Source: Yuukianura sp. NJ FZ-2021 (taxonomy: Eukaryota). Taken from it: a stretch of DNA of 64,000 nt. The notes beneath the pieces were generated by a model. That model did no database searches. It saw nothing but the letters and a program-made list of their open reading frames with translations, and was not told the DNA's origin. Every line of letters starts with the position of its first letter. Within the stretch, counting starts at the first letter, position 1. Positions 13,743-27,087 of this stretch are shown here, one piece after another. Location: contig CM102290.1 of NCBI GenBank assembly GCA_046563655.1, positions 6,882,001 to 6,946,000 on the forward strand, given 5' to 3'. The position numbers and the translations under genes are program-made.

Positions 13743-15220
13743 TGCTACTAATCTCCTTAGGATGACGGGCGAAAGTTTTGTCTCTACGTCAAATTGAAAG
13801 AAACGAGCTTTAAAAGAGGCGAATTATTATAATCAAGAATGAATATAATCAATTAGAATGTCCTTGAAGTTACCAAGATGCGTACCTTTGTAGGATATCC
13901 GGAGTTGCCGAGAAGTGTGTTGCGTTTAGTCAATCCAACCTGAGCGGCTTCTCAACAAATACTGAAACCAAATACCCTCATGAATGTTGTAAATAAAAGT
14001 AGTAAACAATCTTTTGGATGGATTTGTGAGACGTTACTAGGGCAGCAGAATTGGACGAAATAACCCACTCCGTCCATACGTAAAATACTACCTCTAACGC
14101 AATTAAAAGAGGGAGTGACACCCCGCGTTTGCTTACCATTTCGTGTCAGCCATTAAGGTTAGTAAAAAAAAAAGAAGCAAAATCACTGCTCAACAGTCCA
14201 AACTTTGCCACTTTCTCAAATGATTCACTGAACCAAGAAGTTCAAAGTTACAAAAGTTCAAACAAAGAACTGAAGCCAACGAACCATGGAGACGGCAGGT
14301 TTTCCATGCCGACGTTTGGAAATTTAGAGATAGCTTCAGAATTTCATCTTATTTCACTTGTAACTTTTTTCATATAAAGAGATAGAATTTGTATGCAATT
14401 TTTAGAACCATTTAAAACAAAACTCAAATTCTGATCAATATCTCTTATTCTGCGCTTAATGAATTTTTAGCGTCCTGCGAAAAGTTGTAAGCCCTTTTAA
14501 AGGTAAATAATTTGACGCGAATACCCCCCATTACCAGATCGCACATAATTATTTCGAATAACATCTACCCCAATTCAAATTTAATTGACCTTGTCACTGA
14601 GGGCGTCCATACATCAAGATGTAAAGAAGTAGTGTCAGGGTGTACAACTAAAACAGAATAACAATTACTGTAGTAGAAGCTAGTGTCTATCTACAGCCAA
14701 ATTGCTTTGCAGGCGCCATTTTTCTGTATTGAGAAGGCGTTTAGCACAAACAAATATTTTGTGTTTACTTCATCCCCAATACAGCTATCGGCAGTGCTGA
14801 GGTGGCAAGCTTGAAAAGCAGTGCCAGGTTAGGTCTCTATTAATAGGTAGGTAGGGAAGAGCGTACTGTAAACCTGACGGTGACGGTGGCACACCAAATC
14901 CTTACAGTACTTGATTGTAAGAACATGAGTTAGGGATTTCGCACACCAAAATACTGTAAGACGGTAAGACGGCTGGCGCGAATTGATTTTAAAGCTAGTA
15001 TTCCACTATGCAGAATTTTCTTTAAGCAAGTTGCAATTTTCTTTGCGCAAGCAGCACTTGAAACTTTTTTCTTCCTGATAACATCGCGAAAGTTTTTCTC
15101 CCTATTCCACTACGTGATTTTTTTTTGCGAAATCCATGTGTAAACAAACCCAACTGTTTACCAAAACCAAAAACAAAATCTAATTTATTTACCAGATTTT
15201 TGCCTCAACACTGGTTGATC

Positions 15221-16590
15221 ATGGACACTCTATCTTTAATTGGTCTTGGACTCATTTTAACGAATAAATTAAAAAGGAAAAAGCGACTAAAACCCAAATG
15301 TTGGGTAAAGAAGTGGATTAGACGTAGAAGTCAATTTGGTTGCGGATTACACTTGTTTCGTGAATTGTCAGAAGAGGAACCAAGTGACTTCCGGAATTGG
15401 CTTAGAATGGACAAGGTAAAATTTGATGAGCTGCTTGCATTAGTTGGACCCTCAATTCGAAAACAAGACACCAAGTTTCGAGAATCGATTTCGCCCGCGC
15501 AACGATTAGCACTTACCCTACGTTACCTTGCAACGGGTAAGATTCTATAAATCAGAAGGTTAGTGCAATGTTATAAACGCTTAAATTTTTTTTGAACAGG
15601 TGAAACACAAACATCCTTATCCTATGCCTTCAGAATTGCTCAACCGACCATCTCAAAGATAGTTTGTGAAACAACTTCAGCAATTGTTCTGGCTCTCAAG
15701 AATATCTATCTCGTACCTCCTAAAACTACTGCTGAATGGGAATCGGTGGCGGAGGGTTTTTGGGAATCTTGGCAATTTCCAAACTGTTTAGGGGCTGTAG
15801 ACGGAAAGCATGTGCGCATAGTTCCGCCAGCTGGTTCAGGGTCAGAATTCTACAACTACAAAAAGTTTTTCAGTATCGTTCTAATGGGCATTGTGGACAG
15901 CAAGTATAAGTTCCTTTACGTCGACGTGGGGACAAATGGAAGAGTAAGTGACGGCGGTGTTTGGGCTAAATGTGGAATAGCAAAGGCATTCGAAACTGGA
16001 GACGTCAAGGTACCTAAACCCGCAAAGCTCTCTCCAAATACGATTCCCACACCATATGTGCTGGTTGCTGATGACGCTTTTCCCCTGAAGCCATATTTGA
16101 TGAAGCCGTACCCTGGCCACTTTTTATCAAAGGAAGAAAGGATTTACAACTACCGGTAGAAGCTAGTATTAGCAGTGGTCAATTTAAAAATATGATATAC
16201 AATTATTTTTTAACTAGATTGAGTCGTGCCCGTCGTGTCGTAGAAAATGCGTTTGGCATTTTGTCGAACCGTTGGCGGTTCTTGCTGACCACCAATTTAC
16301 TGGCACCGGATCGTGTAGAGATGCAAGTACTAGCCGCATGCTGCTTACATAACTTCCTGATTCGCGACCATAAATCAAACTACATCAATGAAACGTTAGT
16401 GGACCGAGAAGATGAAAAGGGGAAAACGATACCAGGTGATTGGCGACGAGACTTTCCGGAAGGCTCTTACGAAAGGCCAGTCATGTGCAATGGCTTCAGA
16501 AGTTCAAGTAGTTCGAGAGAGATTCAACGAACATTCAAAAAATTTTTTTGTAACGAAGGCAGTGTTGATTGGCAAGAGGAAAACATTTAG
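15221..16590 (+). CDS. Harbinger DDE transposase (HARBI1-like), 3 exons, about 414 aa
   Basis: Exons 15221-15536, 15600-16155 and 16218-16590 join in frame without stops. Motifs LALTLRYLATG, GAVDGKH, YNYKKFFS, GRVSDGG, VADDAFPL and VVENAFG give an intact D-D-E triad. Confidence 0.95.
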
Positions 16591-16631
16591 TTAACGAAAT
16601 GTAACACTAGAAGTATGCCATATCTTATGAA

Positions 16632-17524
16632 TTAAGTACTATACTTTAAGTCAATAACTTGCTTCATAATATCTAGCTTGAACTTGTCCTTCCCTGCTGA
16701 TTCTGGAATTTGTTTCAAATACAGCAAAAGTTGGGCACAAAAGTGATCGTCACCAGTGTCGGATGATTTTTTTTTGATTGAATCCGAAATAGTTTCCATC
16801 AGCTCCATAGTCGCCTTCGCTTCATCTTGTTGTTGTTTTCTCTTCTTTCGTTCTTCAAGTGGCACACGATTATGCAGACTTTTGGAAGCCACAGGCGTTG
16901 AGAGACCGACTTTGGGACGTTGCGACTGAGCATCAGGCAATGCTTGCTCAACAGAGGTAGCATGGTCATTCGAAATTAGCCGAAATTCGGAATCCGCCAG
17001 GTCCACTTCGACAGAAGCTGAGGTGCTTCCAGATGCTTCAGGTTCGGACACTCCCAAAATCTCCTCAAACGTAAAAGGTTCTGAATCCAACGGCAATTCT
17101 GAATCAGTCGGTGATAGAGCCGACCAATTATCCTGGCTTTGGCGTTGCCGACATGAGTCAGTGAGGAATTCCAACGATTTATAAAACTGCCAACTTGGAA
17201 TGAAGACGTCTTCTGTACCATCTCCCGAATGTTCTACGTTAGCAAGCTTCTTTAATTTTAAATAGTATATTCTCATTTTTCGCCATTCTTCCTTTGCTTG
17301 TTTAGCTGTAGGAAAAAAAAGCGGGTTAATTACATTTTATAAATATTGTATAATCAATTGCGATTAGCAAAACTTTTACGTGTAATTGAGATTGTATTGG
17401 CCACTTGGATCCATCCCTCGTCAGTAGTGTTCCGCTTACTGTACTGCTCCGAAGCCGGATCCCAAAGATACTGCCTATCCCTCACTTCTTGTATCAAGAT
17501 GTGCTTTTGAGCAGTGGTCAACAT
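16632..17524 (-). CDS. Harbinger accessory Myb/SANT-like MADF protein with C-terminal BESS-like motif, 2 exons, about 272 aa
   Basis: Exon 17380-17524 gives MLTTAQKHILIQEVRDRQYLWDPASEQY...GWIQVA, and exon 16632-17305 continues ...EEWRKMRIYY...WQFYKSLEFL. The C-terminus is DDHFCAQLLLYLKQIP..KDKFKLDIMKQV. Confidence 0.88.
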
Positions 17525-19843
17525 TTTTAATCGTTACTTAACTTTGTTTAACTTTGTGGAACTCGGAGAAAAACTTATAGGTGGGTTTCATTTATTGGAA
17601 AAAAGGTTAAGGCAAATTTTTGAAAAGATTCGCGCGGCTGAGGAATTGGGGCAAGCTGAGACAAGGTTTCATGCAACCATGAAGAAAATTGCAATTAATC
17701 CCATTTCTTGAAACTTTGAAGAAAATTGCAATTCTACGGGTTTGCGCAAAGAATTTTTCAAGTTTTACTCGCTATTCCATTACAAACCATGCAACTCTGC
17801 AGAAAGTTTCATGAAAACTTGCAACTTTCTGCATAGTGGAATACTAGCTTAAAACAGAGTGATAAGAAAAGTCCAAACTCCAAGAAAAGAAAAAATTATG
17901 TCCCGACTGGTTGACCTAGCTTTCTTGACTATATTCGGTGGTACAAATTTTAATGGACTTGAGGGTTTACCATGTAAAAATTATAGTTACTATGTAGTAA
18001 TCCTATAAGAATACAGTTTAAATAAAATCCATTTAGTGTTAACTTGGGCGCCCTTAAATTTCTGAAAGCAAACTTTTGTCCTTTAAAATCTTAGTGAATG
18101 CAGCGTCGATTGTTGTATCCAATAGCCTTCGCTTCATTGTCTTTGTTTTGTTGATTCGCTTCAGTGACGTGTCCTCCTTCCAACTCCTAATGTAGAAAAA
18201 ACGAATCATCAGTTGGTTCATGTGGTGTAGCTGGTTAGAGTATTTGAAGTAACAAGGTTCTAAAACTTACAAACTTACGAATATGTAGTTCTCAATTTTG
18301 CTGCTGGAATGGATGAAACTGGGTTTCTGATACGGCACCGTACTTCAAGTCCATCCACTCCACAACTAGGGATTACTGGATTAATTGGTGCCGCAATGTT
18401 GTTCCATTTTTGTTGATTATGGTTATCCAGATCGATAGGAGTAATTCACTGACTCTTGTTTACTGTATTTGTTCTTGTAGATTTTTTCTTGAATAGTTTC
18501 TTCAATTGAATTCAGGAGACCGAATTAATTACCAGGGTTGAGTCGGAGGCCTACAAGAGCATAATTTAAGTTAAGACAGACATAAGTACATTAATTTTAG
18601 GTAATTTTGGTTCAAGTTGGTCACTTACGATTTGAATGTTCTCAGTTTCCAAATCCACGTTCTCAGCTTAATCCTATGGTGTCACCAGCTGAAGACTCAT
18701 GTCAGTTAAAGAACAAGTTAGTCAATTAATACTTACCAAACAAACGTAACTAACTGACATGACTTCTGGATGTTCCGAACAGCTGAGCAATTTAAGTTTA
18801 AAAAAAGTCTTATTTCAAAATAAGTATTCTGGCGCCAGAGAAAGAGTCTTAACTTGCCCCCGTTTTGCCCTCATCCTACAGTACAGTAAAAACCAGAGAC
18901 GTGTTTCGAAAAAAGACGAGTTTACTCTCATTTCTGACGGTGTGCTGGGTCCACAGTCAGAATCACAGTACCACAGTACCACAGTACGCTCTTCCCTACC
19001 TATCTAATGTAGCGCTGAACACTGAAGGTAGAAGGCAGAGAGGTTGCTTGTATCCACTACTGTATATTACTATATATGTACTTATTATATTTCGTTTTAG
19101 TTCTCTACATAATCGTATCAACATAAAACAGCATTCCATCAGAGTCGGAACGTGAGTACTTTGTCCGCGCCTAATCTCCGATTATTATTAGGATGGAGCA
19201 TTCTAATAATTCAATGTAGGCGAATATGTCTTATGCTTTGTTTTCGCTACTTTTCCTCTCCCGTCTTCTGAAAAGAAAGGTGTAAAAATCAACGGAGTGA
19301 ACAAATACCTGAAGCGGGGCATCATTTCTAATTAGCACGCAGTGATTGGAAAATCGTAGCCTAGTCGGTACCTATCTATTGAAAGTGTTTAGTAATTTTG
19401 GATGTTCGAATGGCAAAAGTTCATCTCGAGTACTCAGTTGTGTCTCAGCCTTATTCCAACCCACTGTGTGTTCATGGAGTATTCGGTCAGCGTAAAACAA
19501 ACAAAACGTAACCTATTCTGGTTTCAGTTGGTCAGGTCCGCTTTTCAAGAAGAAAGGCTAGAAATTCGTTATCGGCTTGAACCGGAATGTAAATTGGGAT
19601 TCAACAGTTTGACGACAGTGTCGAGATTGCAGACGTTTTCATTTCGGTAACTACGAGGTTGGCAAATTCATTAATCAATTATTTCTTGCTTCAGTCAGCT
19701 GATTGTCAAATCAGACACGACCCATGACAAAATGTTATTTGCAACTTTGTGGCTGTGGATGTTCGGCTAATCGTGATTGAGAATCAAAACGTGGACAGTA
19801 ACTTCTTCAGCCCGGGTCACCTCTTCGTGGGAACTGCAACGGC

Positions 19844-21971
19844 ATGCAGCTCCGGACATCATTGTTAACCTTCCGAACTTCTCGTCTATTGACTTCATTG
19901 ACTAATACCGTCCATCCGAGGTTTAAATCTGCTGAGGAAAGGCGAGATGTCTCAATGGAACGCAACTTTATTACCCCTGTACGAGCAATGACAGACTTCC
20001 TTCTCAAGTCTGGAGACTTACAAGGACTGCGAAAGACTATGAGAAGGTCACCACACGCCGATGAACCTCCAATAACGGTGTACTGGCGCAAAGACGTGGA
20101 AGCAAAGTGAGGAACGTTTGGGCGTTTTAAATACTGCAGAAAGAATTATTAACGTAGTTTATCTTTCTTTCTAGGGCCAAGGAGGTGTGGGGTTCACTTC
20201 AAGAGATGCAGACTGAGAAATTCAAGAGGGATCAAGAAACATTAGAATATAATGAAGGTAGGATAATATTATTAATTGCCTGGCACTATTATACGATTTG
20301 TCGTCCAAATTCATGTGTTGTATAAAATTGTTTGTATTTCTTTTTAATTTAGCAATCTTCAACGTTAAGCGTATCCTAAAGATGTATCGACAGCAGGACG
20401 CTGCAGAGCCTAAAGTACATTCCAGTGAATCGTCATACAGTCTCTCTTCTGGCTCGGGAAAAATCGTTCTGACAGCAGTAGCAATGTAAGAAAAGAAAAA
20501 GTGAAGGCTAATACGTTTACTGATTCTTTTTTCTTTTAGAAATGCAAGTAATTTCGTCATCAAGATATTTGCATGGTGGCTCACGGGTTCTCACAGTCTA
20601 TTTGCCGAGTCAATACACTCCATGGCTGATACGATTAATCAAATAATTTTGGCATATGGAATACACAAATCTACTCAGAAGGCAAATTTTGAGCATCCGT
20701 ATGGCTACACTCACATGCGACACGTAGCATCCCTCATTTCGGGGGTTGGAATATTCTGTGTCGGAGCTGGTCTTTCAATTTATCATGGAATCACCGGACT
20801 GATCCATTTAGAACAAATTGAATCACTTTACTGGGTAAGTCCTTTGCCACCCTCCGCCGATATGTAACATTTTACTCTTTTCGTTAAATTTTCGTTCACT
20901 GCTGCAGGCATTCTATATCTTAGCTGGTTCCATGGTATCGGAAGGAGCTACGCTCGTCATGGCAATTGCGAATGTGAAGAAGCGTGCACAAGAAGTTAAG
21001 ATGTCATTTCGAGACTTCAGTAAGTTTGATATAACGTTAGGAGCTACATGTTGAACTGTGCAGTTCATTTACTTTTTTTTCTTATTTGAGAATTCCAAAC
21101 ATTATTTTAGTTTTCCGTGGGCAAGACCCAGCACTCAACGTTGTAATACTCGAAGACGCAGCGGCTTTGCTCGGAGTTTTAATCGCAGGGATCTCAATGG
21201 GCCTTACCTCGGTGTATGGATCTCCAATACCAGATGCGGCTGGGTCGCTGCTAATTGGTGCTCTTCTTGGTAAGTAACTATTGAATGAAGAGCGAATAGT
21301 GGCTGAACTCTTTTAGTTACGAGATTATTTATATATAACAACCAATATAACATAACTAATACAACATGTATAACAATGATCACATAACCCGGTCCGTGTT
21401 TCGTTTCCAGGCGGCGTTGCTTCGTTCATTATCTACTCCAACAGTGCGGCATTGGTAGGGAAAGCAATTACCAAAGAAAAATTGGAAAGAATCAATTGTG
21501 CTCTGGAGTCAGATGTCATGGTCAGGGCCATTCATGACGTCAAGGGCATTGACATGGGCAACACCCAAGTGAGGTAAGTCACTGAAGCAAATAATGAATA
21601 TTCTTAAGTACAGTGAAAGTTAATGGAATTCATGGGTTTTAATATACCTCATCTCCTCGTTACAGGTATAAGGCTGAAGTTGACTTTGATGGAAGAGAAT
21701 TGACGAGATTGTACTTGGAGAAATTAGACATTGCTAAGATGTTGGAGGTAATGATCACTGTTTACTATAGAAATCCTTTTAATATTCTTACTCCATGTCC
21801 TTTGGTACACAGGAGGTGAAAAAGATGAAAGATTCAGAAGAATTTGAAGCATTTCTGCTTCAGCAAGGCGAAAACATCGTAGATACTTTGGGGGCTGAAA
21901 TTGATCGAATTGAGACAAAACTGAAGAAGGAGCATCCTGAAATAAGACATTGTGATCTAGAAATCTTATAA
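19844..21971 (+). CDS. SLC30A9: Zinc transporter 9 (mitochondrial cation-diffusion facilitator), multi-exon
   Basis: Transit-peptide-like MQLRTSLLTFRTSRLL, NFITPVRAMTDFLLK...RRSPH, GSHSLFAESIHSMADTINQ, HPYGY, VVILEDAAA, VRAIHDVKGIDMG, YKAEVDFDG, IRHCDLEIL*. The 5' start is somewhat uncertain. Confidence 0.93.
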
Positions 21972-22267
21972 GTGCCGCCGAACGGAAACGATCAAAGACT
22001 ATGATTGAATATCTACACGCTGCAATCAACTCTTTGAAATAACTTCTCAATACTTTTACTAATATTACCAGAACTAGTATTCCACAAGTCCAGAAAGAAT
22101 AAACACGTTTTACATTCATGTAATTACCTGTAATTTATTTACATAAGTCAAACAGTTAGTCAAACAGTTCATATCCAAAATGTATAGAAAATGTAAAAGG
22201 GCAAATCCTCACTGACAAATAGAATGATAGTAAATAGTAAAATGAGAATAGGAAAACAACGAGTCAC

Positions 22268-23977
22268 TTAAAATTGAACAGGCGGGTTTGGTGATGGAAG
22301 CATCGCTTCGTCCGAAATATCGATGTCTTGTGTCCAATCAATAGACATATCAGGATCGCAAACCAATTGTTGTGGTTGGATAACAATCGTACCCCAAACG
22401 GTAATTCTATCCACGATGTCTACGGAGACAATTCAGGGTATTAGATCATGACACTCAAAACTGAAACACTAGTAGTTAATTGGGCTACGGAAGCATTTAG
22501 AAGTTAGTTAAACTGACCTTTGTGTGGAGTTAATCCAAGTACTTCATTGTAGTTCCCTAGAGCCACAATGAGAAGCATATTCTGTGCAGCAGCGGTCATT
22601 TTGTCAGCTTCGACAGGACTGACCTCAATTCCACGCATAGTGGTAGCCGAGTACGTAGGTAGAAAAATTCCAGAGCTAATGAGTGATAGAACTCGGCGGA
22701 AGGCTGTACCCAAGGGAAGAGGCTGCAGTTCCACTGTATTCGTTACCGCAAAATGAGCCTACAATTAGGTTAAATTGTTACAATCTTATAGTAATCTTTT
22801 TAAATGTAAGTCTAACAGCAAACAAAAACTGTTACCAGTAAATCCAGCTTGAGTGGGGGTAGTGGTTTGAACTGATCAAACCGATTCCGGATGTCGCGCA
22901 GAATACGTACCAACACCTTGATGGTAGATGCGTTTGCGTTTTCTTCTACCCAACGACTGTAATAGGAACAAATGTAATAGCAATGCTTACATAGTAATTA
23001 GTGGACTCTCTGAGGCATTTGTAAATAATATTGAAAATCATACCTGTGCTTAATAGCCTGCCAATGCTCTCCCAGAAGCTTAGGATCCATGTGAATTGCT
23101 GGGTCCAGTTTCCTCATATTCTGAACAACAGTCGTGATCAAAATCCGAGCAGTTCCTTGCACATTTGTCAGATCAAATCCGTGGTCTGTCATAGTAGATC
23201 TTAAACCTAAAAGAATTTGATGAAACAATCATCGTGAAAACTCTTCCGTAACTTGTGAAAGAGTTTAGTAAAGCGGGGTACTTCTTTACATCCTGTTTCT
23301 TTAAGCTCTTCTGCCACTTTAGCGTGCAAGGCTTCCACCCCTTCCTTCGTCGGGAATGTTTTCAAAATTACAACAAAGTCCGCGGTTCGATGACCCGCTA
23401 AAATCGTCCCTTGTTTGAAGGATCCAACTTGGCGTATCTCGTCCACTTGCTGAAAGGATGCATTAAATTAGAACATTAGTAACACATTGAAACACATTGA
23501 CTAGCGTATACATTTAAATTCATACGCATTCAGTGAAAGTGCCTGGCGAGAGGATGATGTTCTCAATGATCGTCTGGACCCGGCTGACCAGATTTTGCAT
23601 CGCTTGCATCTCATCTACAGATGGAGTGATTTCACAGTTTCTTTTCAGTAAAGCCTAAACATAGAATTAAATATTACACAACAAAGAAATAAACAGAAGT
23701 CTTTTCTTTTAGGGTTAGCGCGAAACGATTTATCAACACTTACCGAAGTCAGAGCCGAATCATCCGGCTCCTCCGGTGCCCTCGGAAAAATATGCGGTGC
23801 AAACGTGAAATCAAATGGTATCTCTTGTGTGCTTGCACCCTGAGGGGTCATCGGCATAGGCGGAGGCCCCACCGGTGCCGGTGGCATAAACCCTCCGCGC
23901 CCACCTCCACGACCCGGTCCAACCCCAACCATACCTCTGCCACCGCGGCTACCTCCACGACGTGGATATCGATGCAT
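22268..23977 (-). CDS. ILF2: Interleukin enhancer-binding factor 2 (NF45), DZF domain, multi-exon
   Basis: RGG-rich N-terminus, [78 protein letters not shown]. Confidence 0.92.
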
Positions 23978-24271
23978 CAATATTTCTAATATTTCTTGTT
24001 CTGCTCCTTCTTACGATACTGCTCCTACGATACCAGGTTGTTGTGCCTTAACTAGGTTCAAAAGTAATTAAGAATTAAGTTAGAACTAATCAATCAAGGG
24101 GACGACAAACGAATCAAGAATCAAGCCGACCCCGCTCACTAATCTACAGAAGAGCCGAACAGATGAGAGATTTGGTTTAATATGGGCATGACTATTCAGC
24201 ATAATAGCAGACTCCTCAGCGTACCACGGTACCCCAACGCCAATGTACGGAAGCTTAAAAGGGCCAAATCA

Positions 24272-24845
24272 CTTCCCAGTGCTCGGTACTCGATGCCCAG
24301 TGCGCGGTGCGCGGTTCCCAGTACTCGATTCCCGGTTCCCAGCACTCGTTGCGCGGTTCCCGGTACCCGCTGCGCGGTTCCCAGTACTCGATTCCCGGTT
24401 CTCAGTACTCAGTGCGCGGTTCCCAGTTGTCGCTGCGCGGTTCCCACTACTCGATTCCCGGTTCCCAGTACCCGGTGCGCGGTTCCCACTACTCGATTCC
24501 CGGCTCCCAGTACCCGGTGCGCGGTTCCCGGTACTCGGTGCGCGGTTCCCAGTACTCGATTCCCGGTTCCCAGTACTCGGTGCGCGGTTCCGAGTACTCG
24601 ATTCCCGGTTCCCAGTACTCGGTGCGCGGTTCCCAGTACCCGCTGCGCGGTTCCCGGTACCCGGTGCGCGGTTCCCAGTACTCGATTCCCGGTTCCCAAT
24701 ACTCACTACTCAGTACCTGGCCCTCTCGCGCTTCCCACTTCCCAGTGCGCGGTTCCCAGTTCTCGCTTCCCACTACTCGGTACCTGGTCCTCGCTTCCCA
24801 CTTCCCAGTACTCAGTGCGCGGTTCCCAGTTCTCGCTTCCCAGTT
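24272..24845 (+). repeat. GC-rich 21-bp minisatellite array (left arm)
   Basis: Alternating units GTACTCGGTGCGCGGTTCCCA and GTACTCGATTCCCGGTTCCCA; these explain the 7-aa periodic ORFs in all frames. Confidence 0.95.
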
Positions 24846-25429
24846 GATCAGCTGATATTTAAATTTTAAAATCAATTTACCAAATCAATAAACATACAAC
24901 AAATTTGAAAACAACAGTTAGATATTTATTTAGGAAAACATTTTATTGAATTTATTTAAATTTTTATTGAATTAGCGAAATGATAATTGTAAACTTTAGT
25001 TATTGTTGAGATAATTGAGTTATTCCATGTAGGCAAGGAATAAAAGAATAAACGACTAATCCACCCGTGCTTTGATATAAATCCAAACAATACTCTAGCA
25101 CTAGAATTTCATCCATTTACATTTACCTAACCTAGCAAACGTCGGCGCAACTAAACCACAACCCTACTCAATTCAACTCATTTATTCTCAATATAATCAA
25201 TTAGTAGCTAAAAACAAGAGAAAAATTTGTGGGCGTCATTTTTATTTCCATTTTATTGTACAAACAATTTAACCTCTCCGTACATAGGTTACTAACGGAA
25301 TTTTTTGACATAACAGCACGTCTATTCGTCAGAATAGCCGATATCTCGGCTGCCCATAGGTTATGGAAAGTCGTGCAACATACTTCCCCCCGTAGTTGCC
25401 ACTGTGTTTCAGCATTAGTTCTAAACTAA

Positions 25430-26062
25430 CCTAAATTTTTTATAATTAAAATTAATTTTATTAATTAAATTAAATTAAATTAATTAATTATTAATTTAAT
25501 TATAATATTATATTATATATATTATATTAATTATAATATAATATAATTATATATAATATAATATAATTATAAATAATTATTAATTAATTATAATATTATT
25601 AATTTAATTAATTAATTAAATTTATAATTATATATATATATATGTATATATAATTAAATTTAAAATAAATTATAAAAAAATTTATAAAAAATTATATACA
25701 TATATACCGTGTGCGCCAGCGAAAAGAGTACACCCAAAAATCAGCAATTTGTTTAATTTCGAAAACATGGAGGGTAAACGAGCGGAATAACGCAATTTAC
25801 AAGAATTCCCGCATAGCGGATAGCGAAAGTTTCAAATTTTGAGTTAACATTCCCCGCATGTTTACATCAGTTTCAACTCGTCTCTATGGAAACAAAATTG
25901 GGGTGTACTCTTTTCGCTGGCGCACACGGTATATAATTTTATAAATATATATATATATATATTTATATATATATTTAAAATAAATTATAAAAAAATTTAA
26001 AAAAAAAATTATATATATATTTATATATATATTTAAAATAAATTATAAAAAAATTTAAAAAA

Positions 26063-26100
<38 letters not shown>
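25430..26100. repeat. (TA)n/AT-only low-complexity tract interrupted by a MITE
   Basis: Almost pure A/T with TA dinucleotide runs on both sides of 25707-25929. Confidence 0.9.
25707..25929. mobile_element. TA-target MITE (Tc1/mariner-like), 223 bp
   Basis: TIR CCGTGTGCGCCAGCGAAAAGAGTACACCC / GGGTGTACTCTTTTCGCTGGCGCACACGG, flanked by TA. Confidence 0.9.
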
Positions 26101-26101
<1 letters not shown>

Positions 26102-26494
26102 AATTGCCTTACAATTTGACAACTGTACCCATGAGTGCTATGGGGGTGAGGCCTGTGGGCAAGTAAATGGGGGTCACGAATAGTTGTCATGTTCAGATCC
26201 GTCGGATCTAAACATGCGCCGCAAGACGCGTTTTTAAATTTTGAAAACAATAGGTGTAATAATTAAAAATAATACATTTAATTAAATTTTTTACCCCCGT
26301 TTTAAACACTTGCAATTAAGATGTCCTAGAATAAGGAGGATTTGACCTTATTGTGACCTATTAATTAATTAAGAAATACTTGAATTTCACGTAAAGTCGT
26401 CAAGTTATAGACGGACCAGTTAATACAAAGAATAAAATTTTTGAAACAGAATACTATTTCATTGTTGAATATGTATTTCATTGTTGGATTTCAG

Positions 26495-27075
26495 TTAGTT
26501 ACAATTTTTAAGGTGGCGTTCGAAAAGATCCTTCCGGGCACTACGATACTGGCATTTTCTGCAACGGTAAGAATTGACATCGTCAGTTTGAAAATCCGCG
26601 AAATGTCTTGCGATGTCAAACCTGCGCCCACATGATTCGCCACATTGCAGACATAAGAAAGCCTGTCCCTTTTTCTCAAGATGTTTGAAGAGGGCAATGT
26701 AGTCAAAATCCTTCAAGTACTCCTCTGATAACGCTGGTCGTCTTGCTGCAGCGATAGGATTCCGGCTCGTAGATGTTGATGGCCTGGGCGCTGATCTAGG
26801 CTCCCTGTCCGCAGATGATGGTTGACGAGAACCATGTGCCTTTGTTACAGCTTTCTTTTCTGTAGCGTTGTTTCTAGCCTTGGGCGTTGATTTGGCTGAG
26901 GTTTTGCAGACACCCTTCATTGGTGATCCCTTTAATGGTGATCGCGTTGACTTACGGGCCTTTCTGTTGACGACCACTTTCTTCTGAGGTAAATCTCTTT
27001 TGCTGGTATTCTTTAGTGGCAAGAATTCCTCATCCGATGATGTTTCAGCTCTTCTGCGTCTTTGGTCCTGCTCTA
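26495..27075 (-). CDS. Terminal exon or fragment of a zinc-finger protein (basic Lys/Arg/Ser-rich region plus two C2H2/C2HC-like fingers)
   Basis: Open frame ...FLCLQCGESCGRRFDIARHF...YRCRKCQYRSARKDLFERHLKNCN*. The frame opens after AG acceptors with no ATG at its start, and no upstream exon is found. Confidence 0.5.
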
Positions 27076-27087
27076 CAACTAATTAGA

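Larger units (their letters stand above)
14993..17849. mobile_element. Autonomous PIF/Harbinger DNA transposon, 2857 bp
   Basis: Perfect 23-bp TIR AGCTAGTATTCCACTATGCAGAA, TAA TSD at 14990-14992 and 17850-17852, and two convergent genes (transposase and MADF protein). Confidence 0.96.
14852..18998. mobile_element. Older non-autonomous TIR element (hAT-like TAGGG ends) that hosts the Harbinger insertion
   Basis: Inverted ends TAGGGAAGAGCGTACTGT (14852) / ACAGTACGCTCTTCCCTA (ends 18998), with subterminal ACAGTAC, GACGGT and GCACACC repeats. No clear 8-bp TSD. Confidence 0.6.

Noticed and set aside
19402..19800. Upstream ORFs before SLC30A9, including a PLCVHG motif reminiscent of a ZCCHC4 GRF finger
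   Set aside because: The frames stop quickly and I could not build a consistent spliced product; similarity is too short to support a call.
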